Assembly (NCBI GenBank): GCA_951406725.2
Contig: OX597815.1
Span: forward strand, 157,914,001-157,978,000
Source: Octopus vulgaris
Lineage: Eukaryota
DNA length: 64,000 bases
Direction of reading: 5' to 3'
The notes under the pieces are model-generated. The model saw only the letters and a list, made by a program, of their open reading frames with translations. It ran no database searches and was not told the DNA's origin. Made by a program: the position numbers and the translations under genes. How positions within the stretch are numbered: the stretch's first letter is position 1; every line of letters begins with the position of its first letter. Shown here one piece after another: positions 1-11,830 of this stretch.

Positions 1-334
1 AAGGTCTTCCCTACCAGTTAATGTACGCTTTAATTGTAGCGTCTATTTAAGTGAAGTTAGATTCTTCAGTACCTTCGAGTATTGATAAAATAAAAGATAC
101 CTATGTTGTACTGGAGTCCATTTTCAATTGACTGATACTAGTGTCTTCCAGTCATCTTCAGCAAGAAACTACTGCAAAGAATCCCCAACGAATCTTCGTG
201 TGCTACTTGTGTGGTTCCAACGATTCACGGAAGTGTCAAAATTAACGCCTTCAGTACCTGATCTGCCCCTCTCGTTTTTTTTTTTTTTTTTATAGATATC
301 TACAATAGAAAGGATTATGATCCGTATTACTCAG

Positions 335-500
335 ATGGCGAGCTCCTAAAACCGTTAGAACGTCCGACAAAATGCTCACCGGCATTTCATCAGTTTTTTA
401 CGCTTTGAGTTCAAATTTCACCGAGGTCGACTTTACCTTTCATCCTTTCGGGGATTGATAAAATAAGTACCAGCCAGTTGTGTATTGTAGTCGAGGTGAT
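335..500 (+). mobile_element. SINE family A copy (degenerate; tRNA-like head plus Meta-domain-like core)
   Basis: Matches the intact copy at 60900-61129: ggcgagct...gagttcaaattt.caccgaggtcgactttacctttcatcctttcgggg..gataaaataagtaccag. Confidence 0.8.
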
Positions 501-869
501 CGGCTTCTCTCTCGTCAAAATTGCTAGCATTGTGTCTGTGACAGAAAAAAAATTATCATTATCATCATCAGTAGTAGTAGTAGTAGAGTCTGAATTTCTT
601 TTTATTTATTTATTTATGTTTCTTAAATCTGTTCTTTTAATCAGAAAAATTCTTTGGGATTTGCAAATCTGCGCGGAATTTCTTCAACGCATATAAAATT
701 TGCTGTATTCATAATTTCTGTTTTGATCGCTTACATCAAAGATATTGAAACGAAATATACTTGTTAAAAACCGCCAGAACTTTCACCAAGTAAACTTCAG
801 AGTAAGTTCGTCTTCCCCGTACTCATCTTATTTATTTATTTATTTTGTAAGCTAGTTAGTTATTCATTT

Positions 870-1170
870 ATTACCTCCTCCTTAATGAAGGCAGGGTATT
901 GTTTACAGTCGTATTTGTTTGTTTGTCTGTGGACAAGATATCTCAAGAACCACTGGATGGATTCGGATGAAACTTTCATGGATGTTTGGCTTTGTGACTG
1001 GCACGAATTGATTAAATTTTGGGATCGATCCAGTACCGGACAAGGATTCTGGATTATTTTTCCTTTTTTAAATTTTTACTTAATTTTTGAGAGCGGTCGG
1101 GTTCATTTTTAGTATTCTTGTTTGTGAGAGCAGTTGAGTTTATTACAGTTTTCATACTCTAAATACTTGC
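870..1170 (+). mobile_element. HINE/Helentron-type non-autonomous element, 3'-truncated copy
   Basis: Near-identical to the first ~280 bp of 1421-1785; 5' stem-loop followed by a (GTTT)n tract. Confidence 0.7.
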
Positions 1171-1190
1171 AATTTCAGATTTTAAGGGAT

Positions 1191-1228
<38 letters not shown>

Positions 1229-1420
1229 TTTCATCACAATCCTGAAATCAAACGGTCGTGGTGGGTCAATTAATAAGCAGCTTCGTTTTTCCTTGAGTAT
1301 TAATGTTATTTTCTAGTTTCTTATCCGTTTGGATGAAAAACAAATCCCACAAAATTTTGCATTTCTCCAGCTTCACCACTCTTTCGACCCGATTACCATA
1401 CCATGTACGTCTAGCTATTA

Positions 1421-1785
1421 TTACCTCCACCTTAGCGAAGGCGGAGGTATTGTTTTCAGTCGTGTTTGTTTGTTTGTCCATGGACAAGATATCTTAAGAA
1501 CTACTGGATGGATTCGGATGAAACTTTCAGGGATGTTTGACCTTATGACTGGCATGAACTGATTAGATTTTGGGATCGATTCGGTACCGGGCAAGGATTC
1601 TGGATTATTTTTCCTGTTTTTTACTTAGTTTTTGAGAGCAGTCGGGTTCATTTTTAGTATTCTTGTTTATGAGAGCAGTTGAGTTTATTTCGGACATTCC
1701 CATCTTAAAAATCATCTCTGGCTAATCGTTGAGAGGATGTTGATGTTCCCTTCACGGAGGCTTGCACTCTCTGAGTGCTCTTGTT
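1421..1785 (+). mobile_element. HINE/Helentron-type (DINE-1-like) non-autonomous element, full length
   Basis: 5' inverted repeat acctccacctt-agcg-aaggcggaggt, (GTTT)n tract, 3' subterminal cggagg, terminal hairpin gcactc-tct-gagtgc (1764-1778), T-rich ends. Confidence 0.7.
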
Positions 1786-1799
1786 ATCACTAATATATG

Positions 1800-2969
1800 A
1801 AAATTCACAGCTTATTTTGCTGGGTATAATGGAAAGTGTCAGCTGTCCACAGCCAGCAGACTAAGGTGACACATGTTTACTGATCGTGCTGCATGAACCC
1901 TGGAAAGCATTCTTGCAGTTCCAAGCAATGATGTCTTTTTTTAGGTGTTCTACCTTCATACTTGTACCAAACTTTTTCAGCCATGTTGGTAGTTGAGTGC
2001 TGATACTTCCAAGTGCACCAATTACTGTTGGTATCACGGCTACTCTCTTCATTGATCGCAATCTTCGTATTTCCCACTTCAAATCGTCATAGTTGTTTAT
2101 TTTTCTTCGTCTTTCATGTTGATCATGTTGTAACCGGGGTATACTATGTCGATTATCATACATGTTCTTTCTATTTTATTCACCACGACAATGTCTGGTT
2201 CCCTACGTCTGGTTGGGTGATCGCATTGGATCATTGCATCCCACAGGATTTCGCAATTCTCATTTTCGGTAACTCCTTCTGGGGTGTGCCCATACCACGT
2301 CTTTGCTCTTTGTAGGCCATGTTTTCCACAGAGCTCCCAATGGGCCATTCTTGTCACAATGTCATAGTGTCTTTTGTATTCGTGTTGTGCCAATTTCGAG
2401 CATTCGCTAGCGATGTGTCATACCGTTTCACCCCAATCACCACACATTCTGCAGTTGTTGCTATCGGTAGTGTTGTCTATTCTGCACTTCATACAGTTGG
2501 TCCTTAATGCTTGTTCTTGGGCTGCACATATGAGCTGCTTCTGTCTGTATCTCCAGGTTACTCCTCCTCATCCATAGTCACTGGTCCTCTGTATTTGTCT
2601 TTGCGTTCATATCTGCAAACTGACCGTACATTTTTCCTTCCATACCTTTTCTTTTCTTTTTTTTTTTGTTCATTTCTTGTTTAAATTTTTCTTTCGTAAC
2701 ACAATTTTCAGTTTTGATGATGCTGGCCTTCTTCGTGTGGTTCAACAGTGGCTCCACGGTATTTTTTATATACCATCCAAAGCTGTTTTCCTCTGTTTCG
2801 ATACAGTCCTGACAACTGATCACACTTCTCCAACCCTTTCTTCTGAAGAAATATAGCCTACCGGTGCCACTCTTAGAGTGGAAAATTCTTTGTACTGTCA
2901 ACGTTTTTCTGGTCTTGGTATTCATTTTTCTTCACTTCTCTCTTTTACCATTTTATAATTCTTGCTCCA

Positions 2970-2970
<1 letters not shown>
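1800..2970 (-). mobile_element. R4/Dong-clade non-LTR retrotransposon, 3' fragment (zinc knuckle and restriction-like endonuclease), decayed
   Basis: Peptides AQHEYKRHYD..HWELC, ILWDAMIQCDHPTRRREPDIVVVNK..IIDI and YDDLKWEIRRL..VIPTVIGALG; frameshifted; 5' break abuts the (TAA)n tract at 2971-3010. Confidence 0.85.
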
Positions 2971-3011
<41 letters not shown>

Positions 3012-3095
3012 GTATGCATTCACTGCACTACCTAGCACAGCTGTGGGTGCCTTGGGTATGTGCAGTGTTCTGGTTTGGTACTATTATTTTTACAC

Positions 3096-3312
3096 TTTTA
3101 CTTGTTTCAGTCATTTGACTGTGGCCATGCTGGAGCACCGCCTTTAGTCGTGCAAATCGACCCCGGGACTTATTCTTTTTGTAAGCCCAGTACTTATTCT
3201 ATCGGTCTCTTTTGCCGAACCGCTAAGTGACGGAGACGTATACACACCAGCATCGGTTTTCAAGCAATGCTAGGGGGACAAACACAGACACACAAACACA
3301 CACACACATACA

Positions 3313-3344
<32 letters not shown>

Positions 3345-3509
3345 CACGACAGGCTTCTTTCAGTTTCCGTCTACCAAATCCACTCACAAGGCATTGGTCG
3401 GCCCTGGGCTACAGCAGAAGACACTTGCCCAAGATGCCACGCAGTGGGACTGAACCTGGAACCATGTGGCTGGTTAGCAAGCTACTAACCACACAACCAC
3501 TCCCGCGCC
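3096..3509 (-). mobile_element. SINE family B (tRNA-derived, OR/CORE-like), full length with internal (TACA)n
   Basis: Head ggcgcgggagtggttgtgtggttag...ggttccaggttcagtccc, core cttgggcaagtgtct, tail ggcggtgctccagcatggccacagtcaaatgactgaaac; homologous to 59738-60137. Confidence 0.85.
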
Positions 3510-3529
3510 TGTTATTTTTACAATATTGA

Positions 3530-4215
3530 AAGTATCTTATATAATACGTCTATGGTGTCCGCCAGTGCTATTTTCTGTATTTTATGCGTATTTGTAACTT
3601 CTGAGTATTTAGTTGTGCATGAATTTTGATAATTTCCAAACCGCCTACTATTGCTTCTCTTTTTAGGCTTCACACTTTAGTTATCTCTATCTCCAAATCT
3701 GTATATGTTTAAATAATTTCTCCATCTTTTTTAGGGATATATTCTCGTCTGTTGATATTGATATATCGATTAGGAAACATTTCTGATTCTGGTATTCTTT
3801 CACAACAATATGTGGTCGGTTAGCTTTGATCTCTTTGCTTATGTGAATTAGCATACCCCAGAATATAGTTGCTTTGTCATTCTTGGAGACTTTATCTGCT
3901 GTATCTTTTTTCTGTTCGTGTCTAATAATGCTGGTGTAATTTCCAGTGTCTGTGAGTACCAACACTCATGTTTAGGGATGTATTCTTTATTGATCAAGAC
4001 TGGGTAACCAGAGATAATGTATTTGTCTCTTTCCCATTTCCAAATATTCCATAGTTACTGTGTTCTGCTCAATTATATTTTGGTGGGTTTGTGTGCGAAG
4101 GCTTTTGATGTGTGCCGCACTGAAGAAACCTTCAGTCCCTGCTGTGAGTCCAGCACTTCTCAAGCAGTGTTGGGATTTTCTCTTCTACTGCCAATTTTTA
4201 TTTACCTTCCTTTGT
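3530..4215 (-). mobile_element. R4/Dong-clade retrotransposon, 3' fragment, decayed
   Basis: ATIFWGMLIHISKEIKANRPHIVVKEYQNQKCFLIDISISTDENISLK is an RLE PD..D motif region. Confidence 0.8.
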
Positions 4216-4249
4216 CTATGTTTGTATTTTTCTCTTAATTATAATTTTT

Positions 4250-4282
4250 GCTGTTGTTGTTGTTGCAATTATTATTATTATT

Positions 4283-4324
<42 letters not shown>

Positions 4325-4342
4325 CTTCTTCTTCTTCTTCTT

Positions 4343-4400
<58 letters not shown>
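4250..4400. repeat. Compound in-phase trinucleotide microsatellite (TTG/TTA/TTG/TTC/TTA)
   Basis: Seen directly. Confidence 0.95.
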
Positions 4401-4401
<1 letters not shown>

Positions 4402-4504
4402 GATGCTTTTGTTTTGCTTTAATTTATACGAGTCGCACTCAAATCGCAACTGGAGACGTCAAGGGACAACAAAGTTTTTGCATCTAAGGATGTTAACAGA
4501 TGCG

Positions 4505-4617
4505 GTGTCATGGAAGCACTCCGTCGGTTACGACGACGAGGGTTCCGGTTGATCCGATCAACGGAACAGCCTGCTTGTGAAATTAACGTTTAAGTGGCTG
4601 AGCACTCCACAGACACA
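4505..4617 (-). mobile_element. SINE-like repeat fragment
   Basis: gatcaacggaacagc..gtgaaattaacgt..aagtgg recurs at ~26100, with weaker matches at ~55650 and ~29545. Confidence 0.6.
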
Positions 4618-4624
4618 TGAGATT

Positions 4625-5330
4625 TCATACAATTGAAAACACTGATGTCTGAGAGAGAAAAAACGCAGAGTGAGTAAGGTTGCATTTACATGGAGAGGAA
4701 TTTACGTCAAGTATGTGAAGTACCCATAAGTATAATCTTTTGTAATTCATTATTTCGGGGCTACCTGGAAATTGGTCTACAAATTTGTTTGATCCTTTTG
4801 ATATCATTCCAAGTGCCCCAATAAAAATATGTAATGTTATTTTGAAATGTAGCATTCTTTTTATTTCATTCTTCACTTTTTCAAACGTTTTCAGATATGT
4901 ATTTTTATCAGCTGGGACTGCACCATCAATCTTTTCAATGTGATTTTTCATAATGCCATCAGGTTGGTTTGCATAAGATTCCCGATCAGTATGAACACTG
5001 AAATTCCAAAGGTAGATAACTCAGACATTTCGGGCAACTTGTGGCGTGTGTTCCTACCAATTGTTTTTGTAAGGGGAGCTCTGTGTACAATATATTGACT
5101 AGTATATGTACTGAGCCGCATTGTCATGCCTTTGCAAGTATTCTGTTGATACCAGTCTACTGCATCAAGAGAATTCTCCATATTTTTTAGTGCGACTGAA
5201 CGAATAAATTTTCATTTTGGTTATATTTTGACACACGAACTACTACTGAACATTTGAAATGTCCCTTGCTTGTACCCGGGTTAGATAACGTTCTTTTTCT
5301 TTTTAAATATTTCTATTTATTTATTTTAAC
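4625..5330 (-). mobile_element. R4/Dong-clade retrotransposon, 3' fragment, highly decayed
   Basis: ANKPDG, AVPADKNTYLKTFEK and IFIGALGMISKG motifs. Confidence 0.7.
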
Positions 5331-5738
5331 ATCAAATTATGGCTTCTTCTTATGCAGATTTCGCCCTCAAGAGAAATTACATTGAACAATGCCAAACAGC
5401 TATCAAAGAAAAATGCCAAAACACTATTAATAAACACACAAACAAATAAATGGCACAATTTTTTTTTTTTAAATAATGACATTTCCACTAAAAGAAACCA
5501 TTTAGCATTCAAGACGTTTGACAACAACCACACAATCACATAGTTCGTTGAACGAAAATGTGGTGAAGTATAATAACAAAACACCATCGTTTTGCAAGTA
5601 TTGTTACGAATAAGATGAACCAAAATATGGAACATTTTACCGAAAGACCTAAACCAGGGAAACACTATATTCACAAAACGGGTCCCGTCTTGTCACAATA
5701 TCTAACGTACTTACACAAAAAGAAGAAATTAATATACC

Positions 5739-5970
5739 TATTTCTTTATTACCCACATGGGGCTAAACACAGAGGGGACAAACACGGACAGACATAGGTA
5801 TTAAGTCGATTACATCGACCTCAGTGCATAACTGGTACTTAGTTTTATCGACCCCGAAAGGATGAAAGGCAAAGTCGACCTCGGCGGAATTTGAACTCAC
5901 AACGTAACGGCAAACGAAATACCGCTAAGCATTTCGCCCGGCGTGCTAACTTTTCTGCCAGCTCGCCGCC
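5739..5970 (-). mobile_element. SINE family A, full length
   Basis: Reverse complement of 60900-61129; degenerate TSD aaattaatatacct / aaagtaagatacct. Confidence 0.9.
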
Positions 5971-6227
5971 TTAAAGTAAGATACCTGTGCCTAACCAAAT
6001 CTACGCTGAGTTTCCTTGTTCCATCCATTGAAAATTACAGACAACCCTGGTATACATATTTAGTGAAAGATGTGGGTATATGGTATCATGTGCGTATATT
6101 GTCCGAAACGCACCGGCCCGTGAACATATCCTAAAATGCACGCACCACACGCGTACGTATGAACGAACATAGGTATATATATGTGCATGCGTGTGTGCGT
6201 GCGTGTGTGTGTGTATGTGTGTGATAG

Positions 6228-6428
6228 TATTTTAACCTTAAAGATTATAAGCGATCACCGAGCAATGACTAAGGTTATTGGTCTAATATTGGAGCACATA
6301 AGCCCTGACAGAAAAAAAAGTAGGGCTTGCTTTACGCATGGACTCGAACCCACAGCTCTATGTATTCGCGAATATTTACCTTAGTCAATGCACGGTGATC
6401 GGTTATAAGCTTTAGGCTTATAAATATT
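6228..6428. repeat. ~200-bp foldback element with ~50-bp inverted arms
   Basis: ttataagcgatcaccgagcaatgactaagg pairs with ccttagtcaatgcacggtgatcggttataa. Confidence 0.8.
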
Positions 6429-6534
6429 ATTATTATTATTATTGTTATTATTATTATTTACATAAGTGTAAAATACGGCACCGTTTACCAAATAATCGCA
6501 TATATATATATTTATTTATATATATATATATATA

Positions 6535-7182
6535 CTAGCAGCTAAGCCCTGTTTCACCCGGTCGGTTTGGATGATGTGGCTGTAAAACCCGCTCTATGTA
6601 AGCATTCGACTTCTTTGGGCACGCTTACGTTAAAAAAACAATTTTAGAATGATTTTTTTCTGTCAAAACGCTAAAAGCAACTGACCAACAAAAACAAACA
6701 GCTAAAATTTAACCAAATCAAAAGACCCAAATACTAAGCGAACAAAGATGAACCATTCCACTTCCACTGCGCGTGCACACGCACACACACATACACAAAC
6801 ACACACACACATACACAAGCACGCACACACACACATTAACATACCCCCTTTTACATACTCACACATATATTCACACAGAGTTGAAACGCTGTTTGATTTA
6901 TTTTTTCAGCTTATAATTTTCATCATCTCACTACCAAGTATGACATCACCCCTTCCTTCTCATTCACCTATCACCCCTTCCTTTCTCATTCATAAACACA
7001 AAAGTATTATTATAGTAGATTATCTCGGTAACCATGGGAGCTATGAAAAAATACAAAGCCCGGCATCACCACCGGATCATTCTACATATCTGAGTTATTG
7101 TTCGTGCAATTCCACCCAGCCGTTTGACCGTGAATCCCAAGACAAGAAAGAATCGCCCACGTCAAATTTATATATATATAGA
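6535..7182 (-). mobile_element. Non-autonomous Helitron
   Basis: Minus strand starts TC-TATATATA and ends in a GC-rich hairpin ccgggtgaaacagggc plus CTAG; a second TCTACTATAATAA 5'-end motif lies at ~7019. Confidence 0.6.
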
Positions 7183-7254
7183 GAGAGAGAGCGAGAGAGA
7201 GAGAGAGAGACAGAGATACGGGAGGAGGGGAGAGAGAGAGGGGTAAGAGAGAGA

Positions 7255-8600
7255 AGGTGCAATGGCTCAGTGGTTAGGTCTGCGATAGCTGAGTTCCGGT
7301 TGATCAGGTATTTGGAGGCCATAGGTTTGGCATAGTGTGAATGAAGGATTTGGGTTTTATTATTCACAGTTTCCAACCAGAGTTCTGTATCTAGTACTGG
7401 TAGTCTATGGTTAGGGTGTTTCGTAGGGTAGTCTATCGTGACCTTAATACTCTGGTGGATGGAGTATTTGCTGGATGCTCTCCATAGTGTTAGTTTCTAT
7501 TCCTATTTCAAGAGTACTCGCTTGTTGGGGTGCCTTTACTACTATGTTGACATCATCGACATAGCAAGAGTACATGTTCATGAGTATGGAGTTCTCTGTC
7601 AGGCGTTCTTTAAGCCTTCTGTCCCACCATACCATGAAAAGGTTGACCACATTACTGGCGATACCAACCCCGATGGCTTCCCCCTCATCCTGGGCGTATA
7701 TTTTGTTGTTAAATTTAAATGTAGCCTTTTAGGATAACTCTTATACTAGCTTCTAGTGCATGTGCAATCGTTTTCTTTACTTGATATTCGTTTTCAGGGG
7801 TCTGTATGGCTCTGGTCCACCCGCTCCATCTCTCTATAGAGGTCTTCCTAGCCATAGATGTAATTGTGGGTGGTCTACCTCTTAAATGTCTACTGGAGCA
7901 TAAACTTTTAAGGTCATGTTTGTCTAAATATTCATTGTCATATGTCGGTTCAAGTAGGAGATCCTGTTCCTCTGTGTTGACAATGCGGAACTCCACTTCG
8001 CTCTCCCTGTTCATCCATGCTACCCACTATACATGCTGTCAGATCGCAGGTGTTGTTACAATCGTTGATTCTACTGCGGAGATCTTCTGTGCTGTCACAA
8101 ACATCAGGTGACATCTGGATTATGGGGCTTATGATCATTGAGAGGAAGTAGGAGATCCTGTAGTTGCTAGCGATATTCTATCCACAGACTGGTTTTGTTG
8201 GTGGTCAAGCCACTGGATCAGTGGTTATTTTGTGGTCCTTGCGGAGTCCATACAGCGTCGGGATATCGTTGTTCCAGGCTTGGAAATTGTTGGCCGTGCG
8301 TTTCTGAGGTCCAAGAACAATTGTCCACATCATCATGTGGGCGTTGAGGACCTTTTCTCTCTTTTCATGCGCCTGTAAAGTTGCTACTTTCATATTGGCA
8401 ATGTGGGGTTGCATTGCCTAGGTGTAGTTCGGCAAGCTATCTATTGACATCCTGCTGGATTTATCTGTGGGGATACCACCTCTCCGTTCCTCGTGCGCTG
8501 CATGAGCTTACGTAGGCCACTCGCGGGTATATTCCCGAGTTGTTGGGCCTCTTTCCTATTCTGTCTCTTAGCGTATAGTTCTAAAATCTAAGTTTTGTCC
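7255..8600 (-). mobile_element. Penelope-like element reverse transcriptase, decayed fragment
   Basis: PTLYGLRKDHK, FNNKIYAQDEGEAIGVGIASNVVNLFM, YVDD, LPVLD..HYAKPMAS motifs in PLE RT order; frameshifts and stops. Confidence 0.85.
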
Positions 8601-8764
8601 TAGCTATAGTGAATTGTGCTTCCATGTGGTCACTAGTATATATATATATATATACACACGCACATATGCATGTATGTATGTATGTATGTATGTATGTATG
8701 TATGTATGTATGTATGTATGTATGTATGTATGTGTGTGTGCATATATATTCATTCTTATACATA

Positions 8765-9988
8765 CAGGCTGTCCCGAAATTAAGGCAACCGAAGTTTCTG
8801 GCTTTAATAACTACCTATATGTGTGATAAGATATGAAAATTATACATCATTATAAAAGCTTAGTGTGTCTGTTTTGTTTCAGACTAAATGAATTTAGATT
8901 TATAAATTAGATAATTGTTTTAGACCAAAATACAATCATAGCCCTCCACAAAGAGGGCGAAAGTAATACAGTCATAGTAAAAAAGCTTAAAATTAACCGA
9001 ACAACAGTCTGGAAAATTGTCAAGAAACTTCAAGAGACTGGTTCCACCGCTGATCGACCTGGACATGGCTGAAAAAGAAGTGTGTGGACCCCTTAGCTTA
9101 GCAAAAGTACCTGAGAAAAGATATGGCGAAATCTTCGACGTTCTGTCAGAAAACTGGCTACCACAGCCAAAATAAGCCGAAAATCGATGTATCAAGTGCT
9201 GAAGTAGGATCTCAGGACCCACCCCTACAAGATTATCGGCCGTCGTGAGTTCACGCAAGTTTATAAGGCCTTGAGACTGGATAGAAGTCGTCTTATCCTG
9301 CGTCGGATTGCTGAAGGCACGTTGCCCAACCTGGTGTTCACTGATAAAAAGAAATGTGACATCTAACAGACAGTAAACCACCAGAATGACCGACTTTGGA
9401 ATGTATCTGGCCCTTTCAGGAGTTGACACATAAATCAGCGTCAAAATCCACAGACATTTATGGTTTGGACGGCTGTAGCAGCCTCTTAAAGTCTCCGCTC
9501 GTTTTTGCGCCCTCGAATGTTAAAATTCACTCACAGCAATACATTAGTGACATTCTGGAAGTTGAACTGGGGGAATGAGCACTTTCAAGACGCACCTTGG
9601 AGCCTCCATCAGGACTCGGCACCATCCCACAGCTCTGAACAGACATAACAGTGGACTCAGTAAAACATTCTGTCGTTCATGAATTTTTCAGTTTGGTCCA
9701 TTTTGGAGACGAAGATTTTGAGCACTCATCATGCTTTGCTCGATGCTTTCAAGGTAAAACTGCGCCAGGAATGGGCTTCAATTTCGCGAGAACAGCTGCG
9801 TGCTGCGTGTGAAGCATTCGCACCTAGACTTAAGGGTGTGATTCGAAACAGAGGTGGTCATATTGAATAAATGTGGTAGTATCATAATTGTGTTTCCTTT
9901 ACCATTGCATTTCGACGCTCGGACCCAAAATATAACTATATTTTGCTTTGGCAAAATTGAAGAAAGTTGGTTGCCTTAATTTTAGGAC

Positions 9989-9994
<6 letters not shown>
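8765..9994 (+). mobile_element. Tc1/mariner-superfamily transposon (maT/DD37D-like), full length, decayed
   Basis: 26-bp TIRs caggctgtcccgaaattaaggcaacc / ggttgccttaattttaggacacccta, TA flanks; HQDSAPSH and (D)FSVWSILE..LKGVIRNRGGHIE. Confidence 0.85.
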
Positions 9995-10044
<50 letters not shown>

Positions 10045-10066
10045 AATATATATATATGTATGCATA

Positions 10067-10102
<36 letters not shown>

Positions 10103-10599
10103 TGTATGTATGTATGTATGTATGTATGTATGTATGTATGTATGTAGGCATACAACATGCATGCATGTATGTAAGCATAATCAAACGTATAAATTAAGAA
10201 CAATGAAAAGTTTCAGATCGCATCTGTACCTCTAGGTTAGAAACACTTGGTAAACATCTTAACTACTGAACCACCCACACATTTTAGTTATTTATTTATT
10301 CTGAGACAGCCTTTTAAGGCGATAGCTATCATTTCTTGAATAAATTACAAATACTTGCCACCATTGGCTGATCATACGGTTAAGTGCGTAGCTATACTTC
10401 TCATTGAGCAATAGATTTCCTTAAAGACTTTGATATACGAGTAAGTAGATCCTTGAACACTGTAACACTCTTCCTTATTAAACTTCAAAGACAATTCTAT
10501 TATTTGTAAGTTCAAGTATGATAACTAAATGTGGACTAAGTATGTAATTGTTGCGTGAGTTAGGAGATATTCACCGTATACATTACTTCTTTTTCTTTT

Positions 10600-11200
10600 G
10601 CAAGTGCTTAATGAAACTTCTATTGAAATTTGATTCGCGGTAGGAAAGGTTTTAAACATTCTGATAAATGATCCAACACATGGTATGCGATGTATGAGTA
10701 TGGTTGAGTGAGTAGCAGAAGAGGAACAGCAGAATTACCAATAATGTTGTCTATATTAATGAATAAATGGTAGCTCCAATGTTAAGAATGGGAACACCTT
10801 GTCTGTCGATGAAATATCGCCTCCATTCAAATTTGAGGCGGCTACTGATGAAGTCGCTAAAACCAATATACAAAAAAAAAACACACACACAACATAATCC
10901 TTAAGGCTAAAAGAGTAATTCAATTCAATTAACATATCTATATTTTGTAATGCAGGTATTCCCGCTTTATGGAAGCATTATAGTTTTAATAATGTTGTTG
11001 TATCGTGGCAATATTATTGCGAAAACTACTTACCCATTGGTTTCTATGTTAGAATGTGAATGTATATGGAAAAATGAGCACGAAATGAACGTCGAATAAA
11101 CATGGAATGAACATGGAGCATAGAAAAAATACCTATCGCGTTACAGAACACCGTGTTACGGTAAAATTTTCAGGAACGTGACGCTTCATTAACGTAAAGA
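10600..11200 (+). mobile_element. Possible very old pogo/Tigger-like remnant
   Basis: 3' end cgcgttac..ttttcaggaacgtgac resembles Tigger-type subterminal sequence; no reliable ORF. Confidence 0.2.
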
Positions 11201-11429
11201 AAACTTGTAATTTGTCAGATAGACAATCACATATTCTTCTGTGCTTGAAACTCAACACAAATTTTCCATTCAGTATTTTTCAATACGCGGAATACTTGTA
11301 TAAGTACATAAAATGATTGCTTACCTTGTTTTTATTAATCATATTTGTATATAACAAAATTATAAATAAACTAAAACGTTTTACAAGACACTCAAGCATT
11401 AGAAAGACTTCTAAAGCCTGATTGACATC

Positions 11430-11830
11430 ATCATTAGGTGTCGTCTACTTTCACCAGATTGAACATCATGGATCTCCATTAGGGTCCATTTTTTTTTTAC
11501 TATTCTTACACATTCACCATATGATAATTTGTCCAGTCCTTGATGTTATCAAACCAGTTTATTTTAGGTCTTCCTCCCGAGTTTTTGCCATTTATCTTTC
11601 CTTCTAGTACTTTAGCATCCTTTTTTTGTAAATAATTGAGAGTAATGATCGTTTTTGCATTTGCTAGTTGTAACACTTCTTCATTAGTTTTGTTTTGTCC
11701 GAGACATTCTTAACATTCTTCCATATGTCCACATTTCAAAAGCTTCTAATCTGTTAGAGTCTTCGTCAGTGCCCATGTTTCTTCACCATATAACAGTGTG
11801 GACCGTATATAATAACCTAAAATTATATTT
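11430..11830 (-). mobile_element. RTE-clade LINE, 3' fragment
   Basis: Minus-strand RLEAFEMWTYGRMLRMS and VLEGKINGKNSGGRPK, typical of the RTE ORF C-terminus. Confidence 0.75.

Noticed and set aside
9936-10235. ORFs rich in YI/HT/CM/VC dipeptides here and at 22.3-22.8, 25.7-26.2, 29.2-29.5, 48.1-49.8, 51.8-53.9 and 59.0-61.5 kb
   Set aside because: Read-through of (TA)n, (CA)n and (TACA)n microsatellites, which lack stop codons
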